A stretch of 63,675 nt of DNA, filler included, from Octopus bimaculoides (Eukaryota), in NCBI RefSeq assembly GCF_001194135.2. It is 7 parts of 7 records of this genome, joined end to end, with 100 filler letters (N's around TTAATTAATTAA, not from the genome) between each part and the next. Parts side by side here need not be neighbours in the genome. Positions count along the whole stretch, not along the records: positions 30,872 to 51,136 come from NC_069003.1; positions 51,237 to 53,759 come from NC_068999.1; positions 53,860 to 59,700 come from NC_069002.1; 4 more parts are not named here. One strand, written 5' to 3'. The notes beneath the pieces are model-generated. The model was not told the DNA's origin. It did no database searches and saw only the letters and a program-made list of their open reading frames with translations. Shown here piece by piece: positions 42,960 to 54,979 of this stretch (positions are counted from its first letter, which is position 1; each line of letters opens with the position of its first letter). Made by a program: the position numbers and the translations under genes.

Positions 42960-43320
42960 GATGCTGTTCAAACCATCCCTCCTACAAACGGGACGGTGAA
43001 TACTTCCGCCTCACAAGCTTGCAGCCGATCCTTTTGGTCTCTTGCCGAAAGCTTCTCCACTAAATTTACATCTTCCTTTCCGACTTTGATGGATTTGTAT
43101 ACAGTACACAAGCTTTTGTGTTTACTGTCTGCCACCACAGATGCCTACACAGGCGAAATGCTAAGCACCTTGGGTCGCTTCTTAATAAGGGTCGAAACAT
43201 TTTCAAGGGGAACAGGCCTTAACAATGTCCTGTCCTTTACCAACACTGCGGCCAGCCCCCTCACTAATCCTCTCCCCCCAACTCTTCTTACTCAAGAACA
43301 TCAGCCTTCTGGAATTTTCT
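42960..43320 (-). mobile_element. Possible old LINE APE endonuclease remnant
   Basis: GRGLVRGLAAVLVK...L.TVYK resembles RGGGVA.LVK / .VY.P; weak. Confidence 0.35.
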
Positions 43321-43387
43321 CCTGTTAAGATTTATTCTGTAGTCGTTTACTCGTAACTATCCAAACACCAATATTAACCACGGGTTA

Positions 43388-43600
43388 AGGCGCTGAACTG
43401 GCAGAATCGTTACCGCGCCGGGAAAATGCTTAGCGGCATTTCGTCCGTCTTTATGTTCTGAGGTCGCCGAGGTTGACTTTACCTTTCGACCTTTCGTCCT
43501 TTCGGGGCGATAATATAAACACCAATCGGACACTGGGGTCGATGTAATTGGCTTTTCCCTTCCCCCGAAACTGCTGGCCTTGTTCCATAATTTGAAACCA
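43388..43600 (+). mobile_element. SINE-like repeat, family A (ggcggcgagctggcagaatcgttag...)
   Basis: Recurs at 25265-25445(+), 25830-26043(-), 33005-33243(-), 34722-34870(+), 40855-41030(-), 49820-49990(+), 51980-52070(+), 14620-14965(-); usually next to (AAT)n. Confidence 0.75.
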
Positions 43601-45800
43601 ATATTAAACGCGGGTCTCTGACCAAACTCGGTAAGTCTGTTGACGTAGACCGATGGAAGCTGTCACTTCTTCGAAATCAAACTAAAAACAACAAATACAA
43701 AAACATAACAAATATTATAACTAGACTTTTATTTTAGTCATGATGGCCGTTGAAGTGATCCCTGGCCTCGTTGACAGACACCGTAGCTATTAGTGAAACT
43801 GTGTTTGCTGAAGTGTATCAAGTCAAAGTGTTTTTGAATGCAGTCTACTTCCGTAAAGGTTAGTTCCGTGCAAGTGACTAAAATGTTTAAAATTAAAATT
43901 TAGATCCAAGACTCTGTAATCTTTGGTGAACAAAAATTGGTTTTATCTTTAAGTTCGAGTTTACGTGAGGCCGGAATAGTACCTTAGGTACCTTCAAGGA
44001 TTGTGTAGGTAAAAAGCCAATAGAATGATGGTCATTATATTATTGTTATTATTTTTTCTAATGGTTTTTGTGATTGTGTTAATCCAGATCAATCCTATTA
44101 TACCAGATCTACACTCAAAAGTGTTCAGCCATGACTATCCTGTCTGTTTTCCGGCATTTGTATCTAGAATTACATTATCATAGACGTTTATTTTTAAGTT
44201 GTAATACGAGGAAAGTTTAGCTACTGTTACTAACCGGTCAAGCACAACATGAATGCTCCCGCGTTGACTCACATTTTGTTAAAACTACTCTACATTGCGT
44301 CAATAACTGTTTCTGCTTTTCTTTTTTAAAACAGAGGTTTTCAGAGATTTTGGGGGAAATGCTGACAGTAAAACCCTTCTATTATTTCACTTCCACACAC
44401 ATCCTTAAACATGTTCTTTACTTCCTTCCATCTCTAGTCATTCCTCTCGGCCTTAATAACCAATCAACTAACACAACCGTCACACCCTAACTACCTTCTA
44501 TTTTACGTTATTCAAAAATTACCATTTGCTAAATTTGCTAAATTTGCACTTCCTTTTGCTTTCTTCTTTTTCCTTTCTTTTCTTTTCTTTCTTTCTTTTC
44601 CCCTTAGTTATTTTTCTCATTAGAACAGCTTATTTCAATATCCGATTTTGGCGGTTAATCTCCCTAAAACCACGTCTGTAATCTTCTCAATCCCCAGACA
44701 GCTACATTCGTTTATTCTCCACTGACTTTCAAACCACAACTCAACGCTGTCCGACCAATTCTTCTTGTTTCGCTCAAGCTGCGGTTAGAACCATTATTGT
44801 GATGAGAGGGAGAAAGTGTTAGGGACAAAACCTTTCGAGAAGACACATAATGATTGTTTTATACCATTCCACCTTCAAGTTAGTTCTTCGTGGAATATAA
44901 ATAAAGCCAGCAAGTGACGCTGCCTTAGATATAACAAAAGCGGAAGCGTTTCTTTCATTCGTTTTTATTTTTATATTTTTCAGCTATTGCGCGCGCGCAA
45001 CTGTCCTCTTTCTTCTTTCATGTAGCAGAATTGTGTCATAATATTGATATTCCTTGGCCCAGACTAAACAGACGACGTAAAGTAACCCAAACCTTCACCA
45101 TTGACGCCACTGTCAACGTCACTCTCGTTGTCTCTTTCATCACTCTCCTCAACAGCGACGTTGCCACCACCACCACCATCACCTTCTCCCTCTTTTTCTC
45201 TACTACTTCTCTTTACTTCTTCCCACCTGATCATAAGCATCATCGTTATCAAATAATCATAGGGACAACAATAATAATAATAACAACAACAACAATAACA
45301 ACGATGGGGGGGTGGGGGTGATAACAATGTTGATGATTTCTTTTCGTATTGTCCTCCCAAGAGGACAATATAAAAGAATTTCTTGATATCGTTTCACAAT
45401 TTATTGTGTACAGCATTTACTACATTACCTATTAACTTAATTGTCCGAATCTATGTCATTGGCCCATTTGAATTATTTCCCTTGGGTTATTTTATTTTTA
45501 TTTTATATGCGACTATGTCAAAAACATATCTATATCCAGGGTTACAAAATACTATATTCATATATTTCCAAATACTATTTTCATAGCATTGAGATAATGT
45601 TGGATGAATGAAACAGTAAAACGCTGAGAATTAGTTAAGTTTCCTTGTGTTTTGAGTTCAATTCCTGCTATAGACGACTTAATACGTTTGAATTGGATAC
45701 ATAGCCTTAACGTTCTTGAGTCCATGCCATCGATTATATCCCCGCTTGACTGCTTTCGTCTGAAATCACAATTACATTGTTTTCTTTTCTGTTCTTCTAG

Positions 45801-46069
45801 GTTTTAAAGAGACATCATATCTGTACGCAATATCATCTGCGGCGCTCGTCCATTCGTTCGCACATGCGTGTAGTCGAGGCATATTAGACAGATGTACGTG
45901 TGATATCTCCAAAAGACTTCGAAATAAAGAAGCCTGGAAATGGGGAAGTTGTGGGGATAATATCCGTTACGGTGTGAAATTTACACGAAAGTTTCTGAGG
46001 CGAGCGAAAAGATCGGGAAAGGATCTCCGAGCAAAAATTGACCAACACAACACAAATATTGGAATAGAG
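45801..46069 (+). CDS. Wnt9: Internal coding exon of a Wnt ligand, most likely Wnt9 (equivalent to vertebrate exon 3)
   Basis: Polypyrimidine acceptor (tttcttttctgttcttctag|) and donor (GAG|gtaact); phase 1 to phase 0; no stops. Translation (G)FKETSYLYAISSAALVHSFAHACSRGILDRCTCDISKRLRNKEAWKWGSCGDNIRYGVKFTRKFLRRAKRSGKDLRAKIDQHNTNIGIE has the Wnt motifs (ET..YAISSA, ACS.G, C.C, W.WG.C.DN, HN...G). GFKET, RCTCD, EAW.W and KDLRA are Wnt9-like from recalled Wnt9a/9b sequence. Wnt family is certain; subfamily needs a phylogeny. Confidence 0.92.
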
Positions 46070-46185
46070 GTAACTTATTTGCTTACATTCATACATGCAT
46101 GCATGTTTACATAAACAGTCATACATGCGCACATACACGCATGCCCACATACATGCATGCATACATACATGCATACATACATACA

Positions 46186-46216
<31 letters not shown>

Positions 46217-46225
46217 GTACATCAT

Positions 46226-47086
46226 AGTAATTTAGACAAAATTTTCTGTAATAACCATCCATATCCAGGAATCTCATAAGCTCCTTTTTGTTTGATGGAA
46301 CTGGGAATTTCACAATAGCGACTGAAATTTCGGGCTTTACAGTTTTTTTCATAAATAGCTTTCGTTTTGTCCTGTGATTTCTTCAAATGTTCTATGGCAA
46401 CCTCAGTAGCTTTGGAAGGTCGGTTTCGAAAAGTAGACACATGGTCTAGCGAGTTCAAGTGGGATTCAGGGCTCTCAGAAGGGCTTGGCTTAATGCTAAC
46501 ATGTGGATCAGACAAAACCTTGGACCCTGCTAAATCATTTCCAATAATCAAGTCTACACCTGAAACTAGGAGAGTTTTCTTAACACCAACTTTCACCAAA
46601 CCAGACACAAAATCTGACTGCAAATCAACAAAATGAAGAGATGCACTTGAAATTCCACTAATACCTTCTAATAAAACGTCAGAGTTAGCAGACGACACGT
46701 CCGAGAAAGGAAGAATACCTTCCAACACTAGAGACTGGAGTTCGCCTGTGTCCCTCAAAATAGTGATGGGTCGTAATGTGGACTTATCACCCTTAAGTGA
46801 GATAAACCCTTTTGAAATAAAAGGCAAGTACCCCTCCTCATTGTTAATAATGTCGGAAATAGGCTGAGACTTGATATTCACAAAAGCGTGTGGAAAGGGT
46901 TGTGACTAATTTTTTTAAATCCTCAATTGCTCCACACTGGGAAATTCAATAAATTCTTCCACCTTAAATTCCATGATTAAATACTGATTTCACAAGAAGA
47001 ATTTCGAATGTTGATACAAAATTATGCAGGTAATATGTGTATTTTAGCAGTGGAAATTTTTGTATATAGCCTTTTTTTTTTTAAAC
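46226..47086 (-). mobile_element. Deleted/rearranged Gypsy (Ty3) LTR-retrotransposon internal region
   Basis: ORF 46222-46881: ILRDTGELQSL (degenerate aspartic protease DTG motif) and GVDLIIGNDLAG; then AIEHLKKSQDKTKAIYEKNCKARNF (integrase C-terminal-like); then, in another frame, AIVKFPVPSNKKELMRFLDMDGYYRKFC (RT-RNaseH connection). Confidence 0.85.
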
Positions 47087-47151
47087 TCTAGGGGTATGAT
47101 TTTCGCTTGGGGTGCGAGAGGTCCCGGGTTCGAATCCCGGACGAGCCCCCA
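47087..47151 (+). pseudogene. 5'-truncated reverse-transcribed copy of mature tRNA-Pro (nt ~11-76 including CCA); its complement is the Gypsy primer-binding site
   Basis: tctaggggtatgattttcgcttggggtgcgagaggtcccgggttcgaatcccggacgagccc+cca matches canonical eukaryotic tRNA-Pro from nt 11 onward. Lacks the 5' acceptor strand; anticodon reads GGG (47109-47111). The minus strand reads ...gtaaca-aat-TGGGGGCTCGTCCGGGATT, i.e. LTR end followed by PBS. Confidence 0.9.
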
Positions 47152-47154
47152 ATT

Positions 47155-47530
47155 TGTTACGATCAGACAAATTATAATGTAAGAAAAAGGGGGTAAACTT
47201 CTGATCGCAACAACAAAGTGTTCAAACAGGGAAGCAAATGTTCATATATGAAGATTATGTCCAGTCTCAATTGATTCAAGGTAGGTGGTGAACGGTCCGA
47301 CCCGTATGCAGCTCTGTCTCTCGTACGAGATTACCTGCCTTGCTCGTTAACAGGAAGTGAACGAGGTTACCTGTCTCGTACTATGCTAACTTCCTGTATA
47401 TATATTTGGTTACTCATACCAACGTTATTTCATTTCTGCCAAACAGTCGTTGACAAACGTTTATCTCGCCATCTTCGGAAAATATAGGGTAAGTTCTCAC
47501 CCTTCATTATCTTATAGGGAATACATAACA
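47155..47530 (-). mobile_element. 5' LTR of the Gypsy element (~376 bp)
   Basis: Inverted termini TGTTA...TAACA (TG..CA rule); 3 nt from the PBS; TATA-like run near 47397-47405. The distal end is inferred from the terminal motif only because no second LTR is visible. Confidence 0.7.
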
Positions 47531-47902
47531 CGGTGCTCTGCAACCGGTGTGCCACGGCACACTGGTGTGCTGAAGTATAACCTGAATATAATTTTTTTCG
47601 TTTTTGGATTTGGTTTGCAAGATTTTTTATGTGATTTCGTGTGTTGAAGCATATTCTGTTGTGTCTGGGGAGAGTCATTTTCTTATTGTGCCTTAAAATT
47701 TAACACACTCACCGTTAATAAAAATAAGAAATAAGTGGAAATTTTAACGGTGAATGTGTTGAATTTTAAGGCACAATAAGAAAATGACTTTCCCCAGACA
47801 CAACAGGATAATTTTTTTCCTTATAGTTTTAGTTCGGGTGTGCCGCCGAATTTTGAAAAGAATATAAGTGTACCGCAAGTGAAAAAAGGTTGCGGAGCTC
47901 TG
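47531..47902. mobile_element. hAT-like MITE abutting the Gypsy LTR
   Basis: Imperfect 15-bp TIRs (cggtgctctgcaacc / ggttgcggagctctg); long internal palindrome ~47655-47815; homologous to the 15670 element. No TSD found. Confidence 0.65.
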
Positions 47903-50900
47903 GTGTAGACACGTCTACTGNNNNNNNNNNNNNNNNNNNNNNNNNNNNNNNNNNNNNNNNNNNNNNNNNNNNNNNNNNNNNNNNNNNNNNNNNNNNNNNN
48001 NNNNNNNNNNNNNNNNNNNNNNNNNNNNNNNNNNNNNNNNNNNNNNNNNNNNNNNNNNNNNNNNNNNNNNNNNNNNNNNNNNNNNNNNNNNNNNNNNNNN
48101 NNNNNNNNNNNNNNNNNNNNNNNNNNNNNNNNNNNNNNNNNNNNNNNNNNNNNNNNNNNNNNNNNNNNNNNNNNNNNNNNNNNNNNNNNNNNNNNNNNNN
48201 NNNNNNNNNNNNNNNNNNNNNNNNNNNNNNNNNNNNNNNNNNNNNNNNNNNNNNNNNNNNNNNNNNNNNNNNNNNNNNNNNNNNNNNNNNNNNNNNNNNN
48301 NNNNNNNNNNNNNNNNNNNNNNNNNNNNNNNNNNNNNNNNNNNNNNNNNNNNNNNNNNNNNNNNNNNNNNNNNNNNNNNNNNNNNNNNNNNNNNNNNNNN
48401 NNNNNNNNNNNNNNNNNNNNNNNNNNNNNNNNNNNNNNNNNNNNNNNNNNNNNNNNNNNNNNNNNNNNNNNNNNNNNNNNNNNNNNNNNNNNNNNNNNNN
48501 NNNNNNCCCCCCCTATTTGTTTTCTTTTTGTTTCCTCGGTGAGGTAGTTCAGGGTTTTTTCCTCGATTTTAATCTTGTATACTTTTAATAGTTTTTTTTT
48601 CTTCTATGTTGCCAAACAAAAATCTCTTTTACCACCCAATGAGGATTAAACGTGAAATTAAAACTGCACACATTAAACTGAATTAGCAATAGGGAACATC
48701 ACACCAACGCATCGGTAAATCCAGTCTCCAATGACTCGCCTGTGCTAATAAGTAATAATAAATATTATTCCACATCCTAATCTACTCAATAGTTTTAATA
48801 GATAAATAGATAATTTTCTACATAAATATACTGGATGGACTCTTTGTTGACCCCCCTATCTGTTCACGTTTGAATCGATAAATATTTAAATTTCGTTTCA
48901 TTGATAGCATGTTGTCGTCGAAGAAATGGGTAACGTCCACACAGCGACTGTCTGATGTTTACATTGGTGTAAATTCACTGCAAAACTGTCAGACGTAGAT
49001 GTTGATATAATTCAATAATGAAGTGGGAATAAAAGAAAGTGGAGAAAGATATGTGTTTAAAAGGAAAGGAACAAAGGGCGAAAAGAAAATCGACGGATTA
49101 AAGAAGGAAGGGAGAGGAGGAGGAGGGAGAAAAGAGAAGAAAGATAAGACAACAAACAAAAAGTCATGTAGAATAACTTATATAAAGAAAAAAACTGGGG
49201 GAAAATGAAGAAAATAAAAGGTGTACGGTGGCGGGGCCGGAGTGGGGGGGAATGACATGAAAAATGAAGATGAAAAAGAATAATAAAAAGAAAGAAGAAT
49301 AATATTTGAAAGTACCATGAAATAGAAAGGAGAAAGAAATGGAATAAAAAAAGTCATAAAGGGAAGAAGAGTTGGGTGCAAAGTGAATAAACAGAAGCTG
49401 AGCTTCTTTACTCTACGGAAAGCATCGAGTCATGTTTGGCCGCTTTCAAAGGCAACGTTCAGCACCAAGTTAAACCGTTTTTAAGCGAAAGCAAACAGTT
49501 CAGCTCTGTGTGTGTGTGTGTGTGTGTATATAAGTGTGTGAGAGTGGCTGTGTATGTGTGTGTGCGCGTCCTTTGTTACCTTACCCCCCCCCCATCAAAT
49601 AGAGCGCATTGTAATGGAACCGTCCAGTTGTCTCGTTCTATGAACTTGTTATCAAGTTTCTGCTTTCCTTGACGGAAAGTCAAAGAACAACCATTAGTTA
49701 GATCTTTTAATTTTGTTGTGGGTTTATCTCACCCCAAGCACTTGATATGCTAAATACCTACAGCAATTATTATTCAGGCCATTTCATTTATTTTCCTCCT
49801 CCTTCACTTTTTTTTCCTCAGAATCGTTAAAGCATCGAATAAAATGTCCAGCAGTGTTTCTTCCGGTTCTTTACAGTTCAAATCCCGCTGGAATTCGGGG
49901 TCGATAAAATAAGTACCAGTTGATCACTGGGGTCGATGTAATAGACTTATCCCCTCCCCTGAACATGCTGGCCTTGTGCCAAACTTTGAAATCATTATTA
50001 TCATTATCATTATTATTGTTATTATTATCATTATTGATATTAAACTATTATATGCTACATTTATTAGTAGGAATGTCTTGAGGTATAGTCACAAGTCACC
50101 TCAAATCTCAAGAATCTTTCTTAGGATTCTTATAGAAGACAGGATTGACCTTTCCTGAAGGTCGGCAGAGCACTTCTCATTACCAATATCTGTTGCCTTT
50201 GTTTTCAACAATCACTTCAGCTCTTTAGTTAGGTCCTGAAATGTCTTAATTTGTTTCAATTTCTTTGGAATTCATTCTGTTATCATATGGTATTGTAAAG
50301 ACTGATTTTACAATCTTACAATTTTCTATAAGAAAACTAAAAAAAAAAAAAAAAAAAGAGCCTGTCTCCTATGAAGTGGAGCCTTTCTCTGATAATGTGT
50401 TTGTCTGAGAGTGAACCCATCTTGTGTGAGAATGAATCCTTCTCCCTCCCGATTGAAACATTTTTCACGACTATTCAAAAAACTAATAAAAGTGTAATAG
50501 AGCAGGTATATGAACTGTAAAAGAACGATCCAAAACAGGTGCTAGGGTGCTTCATTGGACAGGGGGTGGGGTCCAATCACAGGGAAAAACGATAGACAGT
50601 CATAAAACTTATATATTATGAAGTTATACTATGAACAATACGTGGGCCTTTTCTCACTCAGTTTGACCAAGGCTAATAAAAGGATTCTAGAATTACCAGC
50701 ACTAAACAATTGAGAGTATGTAGAGGATAGGCAAAGAGAAAACGTAAACACAGCCGAAAGGTACCGAGATCATTACAAGTGCAAGTTGGTAATTTTACTT
50801 TTACACATATTTTGTTTTAGTTTTTTGTATGTTCATTATACTCTTTACTTATTCCTTGTGACACTTTGTGCGCATTTCATTTACAAGTTTTGACACGTCC

Positions 50901-50929
50901 CATTGTAAATGCTGCATAATGTTTTTCAC

Positions 50930-51136
50930 TCCTCTCCTCGTCCTTATAGCGCTTGCCGGTCTGCTCTCACTTCCTCGTCCTTGTATCACTTTCCTGTCTG
51001 TTCTCTCCTCCTCCTCCTCCTTGTATCGCTTGCCTGTCTGCTCTCTCCTCCTCCTCCTCCTTGTATCGCTTTCCTGTCTGTTCTCTCCTCCTCCTCCTCC
51101 TTGTTTCACTTGCCTGTCTACTCTCACTTCCTCGTC
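50930..51136. repeat. Pyrimidine-rich ~35-45 bp minisatellite
   Basis: Repeated tccttgtatcgctt(g/t)cctgtctg(c/t)tctc(ctc)n, 5-6 copies. Confidence 0.85.
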
Positions 51137-52281
51137 NNNNNNNNNNNNNNNNNNNNNNNNNNNNNNNNNNNNNNNNNNNNTTAATTAATTAANNNNNNNN
51201 NNNNNNNNNNNNNNNNNNNNNNNNNNNNNNNNNNNNATATATATATATATACAAACAAACGTTTATGTCGCTTAGAGCAGCGAACAGTATTTCTTTCAAT
51301 AGAAAGAGGAAACTTTATTAGGGACCAGTTTATGAACCTATTTATTATCTAAGGGTTGTTATATCTGCGTCTGTGTGTGTGTGTGTGTGAGTGAGTGTAT
51401 TCGTGCATGTGTGTGTATGTGTATGTGTCTATATACATACATTGATAATGTCGTGTGTGTGTGTGTGTGTGTGTGTAGTCAGTCTGTGATCATTACAGGA
51501 TGTCGCCTATAAAAGCAGTGGGTTACACAAACAGACCAAGAGAGCCCTTATGCACTTCCTAACATTTTCATGGCCGCGCAATTTAACCCCACCGACCCCA
51601 GTTTGGTATTTTACTCCACTCCGCCCACAGCCACAAACCCCCAACCGCCACTTACCCCACTTTTGGCATTTTACCACCTCCCTACCCCCTATTATTTTAT
51701 CACACCAACCTCCTCTACCATGCTCCCTGCTACTGCTGATATTTTAGCCCCATTTAAACTCGAAGGCATTTTAGTCCTTCCCATGATAAATACGAATTAG
51801 CGTGGGAGCCTCTACGGGATCACTCGGTGGGCTAAAAATAACAGCAAAATCCCACTCAACTCAGAAAGAATAACTAAGGCTCTTTTGTACTGAATAACGT
51901 AGTCTATAAAAATGAGAAAAGTTAGGACGGTCACGGTGGAGCGCCTTCTGGTTATACTTCTATTATAATCACATGATCAAATGACAACAATTCTGAGCAT
52001 TTTGAGCTCCAGTCCTGCCGAGGTCGGCTTTGCCTCTCCTCCTTTCAGGGTCGATAAAATAAATCAGTAGCACGTGGATTGGGTGTTGCGCTCACAACTG
52101 TAAATTTAGTCTCATAACGACCAGTTCATGTTAGAGAACGGTTTCATGTTACAGCAGCTTCGGTAGCTTAACAGTCATCAGCCTTGGTGCAACAGAAGTG
52201 TATAACTAAGGCTCTTTTGTGCTGAAAGTTTGAAAACACTACTTTCGTTTTAGGAATCCCAAAGGGATACAACTCTGCGTG

Positions 52282-52332
<51 letters not shown>

Positions 52333-53304
52333 GTGTGCGCGCGCGCGCATTATTTCTCTCTTTTTAACCGGCTGCCTGCTTTTGACGGGCCGCCTGCTTA
52401 GTAATGCGGTTGTAAAAGAAAGCATCTTATTTCGTTCATCGTGCTTTATCTCTTAAGGTGTTGTAGATTTTTATTGTCCCAGATATCGTGATCATTTGTA
52501 GCGCATGACTTGAGGAGTTGCATTCTCTCCCGCACGAACTCAAGTTCGGCAATATTTTGCTTCTGACAGGTTGGTACGCATCCTGTTGCTCCAATAATTC
52601 ATGCGTGTATTCTCCTTTGTTTTTAGATGTCTTCTTGTAAGGAAATAACTGGTTTCTTACCACGACACAAAGCTCAATCGCTGGAATATAGCTAGCAAAA
52701 ACAAATTCACATTCTGAACTTGAGAAAAGTCTTGCATGTTTTTATTGTTCCACTTACAAAACGTATTTGTAAAGTGAGAATTAGCTGCTTGTTTCTTTTT
52801 AAGAAAACCTTCAACTTTTCCAAATTGTCACAGACTCATTGATTCACGAAAGCCATCTGCACCAATTATTATTGGTGTAGATGTGAATTTATAATCTGGA
52901 TGTGGAAGAAGCTGGAAGCATCGAAGCAGCTGTCCACAGTTGTTCTCTCCCCCTTCGTTTTTCGAACAGATATTCTCATCAGCAGTGGCGACTGACCACT
53001 GTAACTGTACATACAATTTTGTCTGTCCTTTAAATGCATATGCATATGTATGTATCGATAAGTGTGTGTGTGTGTACACTGACAGATGTGTCTTTATGTT
53101 TAATATAAACATAACAATATGTTAACGCCGATAGAAACATTACTTGACAAGAAGCATAAAATAATTTTTATTGTAAACGGTGCGTTTGACAAGTAATTGC
53201 GCGTCACCGAATTAAGAAGCCACTACAAAGGTTTTATAGTACGTGTATGCATGATTATGTAAACCCATGTATTTATGTGTATCAATAAGTGTATGTATAT
53301 TTAT

Positions 53305-53645
<341 letters not shown>

Positions 53646-53859
53646 CATGTCTCTTAAAGGATAGAGCTCAAAATCAATGCATTGAAGATACTTTATTGCA
53701 GCAACAATTATAATAACAGAAACAACCACAATAAGCCAAACTTATGCACATTTCAATAGNNNNNNNNNNNNNNNNNNNNNNNNNNNNNNNNNNNNNNNNN
53801 NNNTTAATTAATTAANNNNNNNNNNNNNNNNNNNNNNNNNNNNNNNNNNNNNNNNNNNN

Positions 53860-53973
53860 AAATTAGATTGGAGCCTGGTGTAGCCATCCGGTTGCACCAG
53901 TCCTCAGTCAAATCGTCCAACCCATGCTAGCATGGAAAGCGGACGTTAAACGATGATGATGATGATGATGATG

Positions 53974-53975
<2 letters not shown>
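53860..53975 (+). mobile_element. RTE 3' end with (GAT)n tail
   Basis: ccagtcctcagtcaaatcgtccaacccatgctagcatggaaagcggacgttaaacgatgatg is identical to the copies at ~175-240 and ~14160-14230. Confidence 0.85.
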
Positions 53976-54002
<27 letters not shown>

Positions 54003-54004
<2 letters not shown>

Positions 54005-54165
54005 ACAGGCTTCTTTCAGTTTCCTTCTACCAAATCCACTCACAAGGCTTTGGTTGGCCCGAGGCTATAGTAGAAGACACTTGCCCAAGATGCCATGCAG
54101 TGGGACTGAACCCGGAACCATGTGGTTGGTAAGCAAGCTACTTACCACACATGCACTCCTGTGCC
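54003..54165 (-). mobile_element. tRNA-derived SINE, family B (gcaggagtggctgtgtggtaag...ggttccgggttcagtccc)
   Basis: Pol III A/B-box-like motifs; partial copies at 39372-39510(+) and 17465-17560(+); (TA)n tail. Confidence 0.75.
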
Positions 54166-54704
54166 TATACGTATTTTAAATTTGTTCATGGGAAACATTT
54201 TGAATATGCAAAAACAGCTCCTATCCAATTATGCCAGCCACCATCTAATGATGTGGACTAATTAGCCAGTTTTCCAGGATTTCATCAAGTTGTACTGATA
54301 TAACGTGGGATTACTATAATGCTAATGACAATGATCCTAACATTGCATTAAATGTTTATAAATTCCATCCAAGGATTACTATTATTATTATTATTATTAT
54401 CATTATTATTAGGTGTAGGAATTTGCGTATGAATTTGTTTTGAGTGGAAAAAGTTATTGTACAGCCCTGAACTCACATTTCAGTACAATCAGCTATGAAA
54501 CCAGTGGCACAACAACACATAGGATGCCAGAAATGGCTAGGTTCAATAACAATAGGGTCCACCGTGAGGTAAAACAACCCTGAATGTATCAGGTGTTGGT
54601 AGGATAGTGTAGATTTGTAAGTACTGAATCTAATTTAAACTGTTGATCTGACTCTGGGCTGGTTCCAGGTGCAAAAAAGAATACAAATGGTGTTTATATG
54701 TACA

Positions 54705-54965
54705 TCATCATCATTTAATGTTCGACGGTTTGAGTGAGGACTGGCAAGCCAGGAGGCTACACCTGGCTCCAGTCTGATCTGGCAAAGTTTCTACTGCTGG
54801 ATGCCCTTCCTAATGCCAACCACTCCAAGAGTGTAGTAGGTTTTTTTTTCACATGCCACCTGCACAGGAGCCAGTCAGGCAGCACTGGCATCAATCATGC
54901 TCAAATGGTACTTTTTATGTGCCACCAGCACGGGGACCAGTTAGATGGCACTGGCATGGCACGGG
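54705..54965 (-). mobile_element. RTE 3' UTR fragment, reverse orientation
   Basis: Reverse complement of ...gagtggttggcattaggaagggcatccagc...ttaaatgatgatg seen in the other copies. Confidence 0.75.
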
Positions 54966-54979
54966 AGCCAATCATATAA

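Noticed and set aside
47087-47151. Functional tRNA-Pro(GGG) gene
   Set aside because: Missing nt 1-10 (acceptor strand, part of the A box), CCA is encoded, and it sits at an LTR PBS position.
47890-48588. 232-aa ORF
   Set aside because: Spans an N gap.
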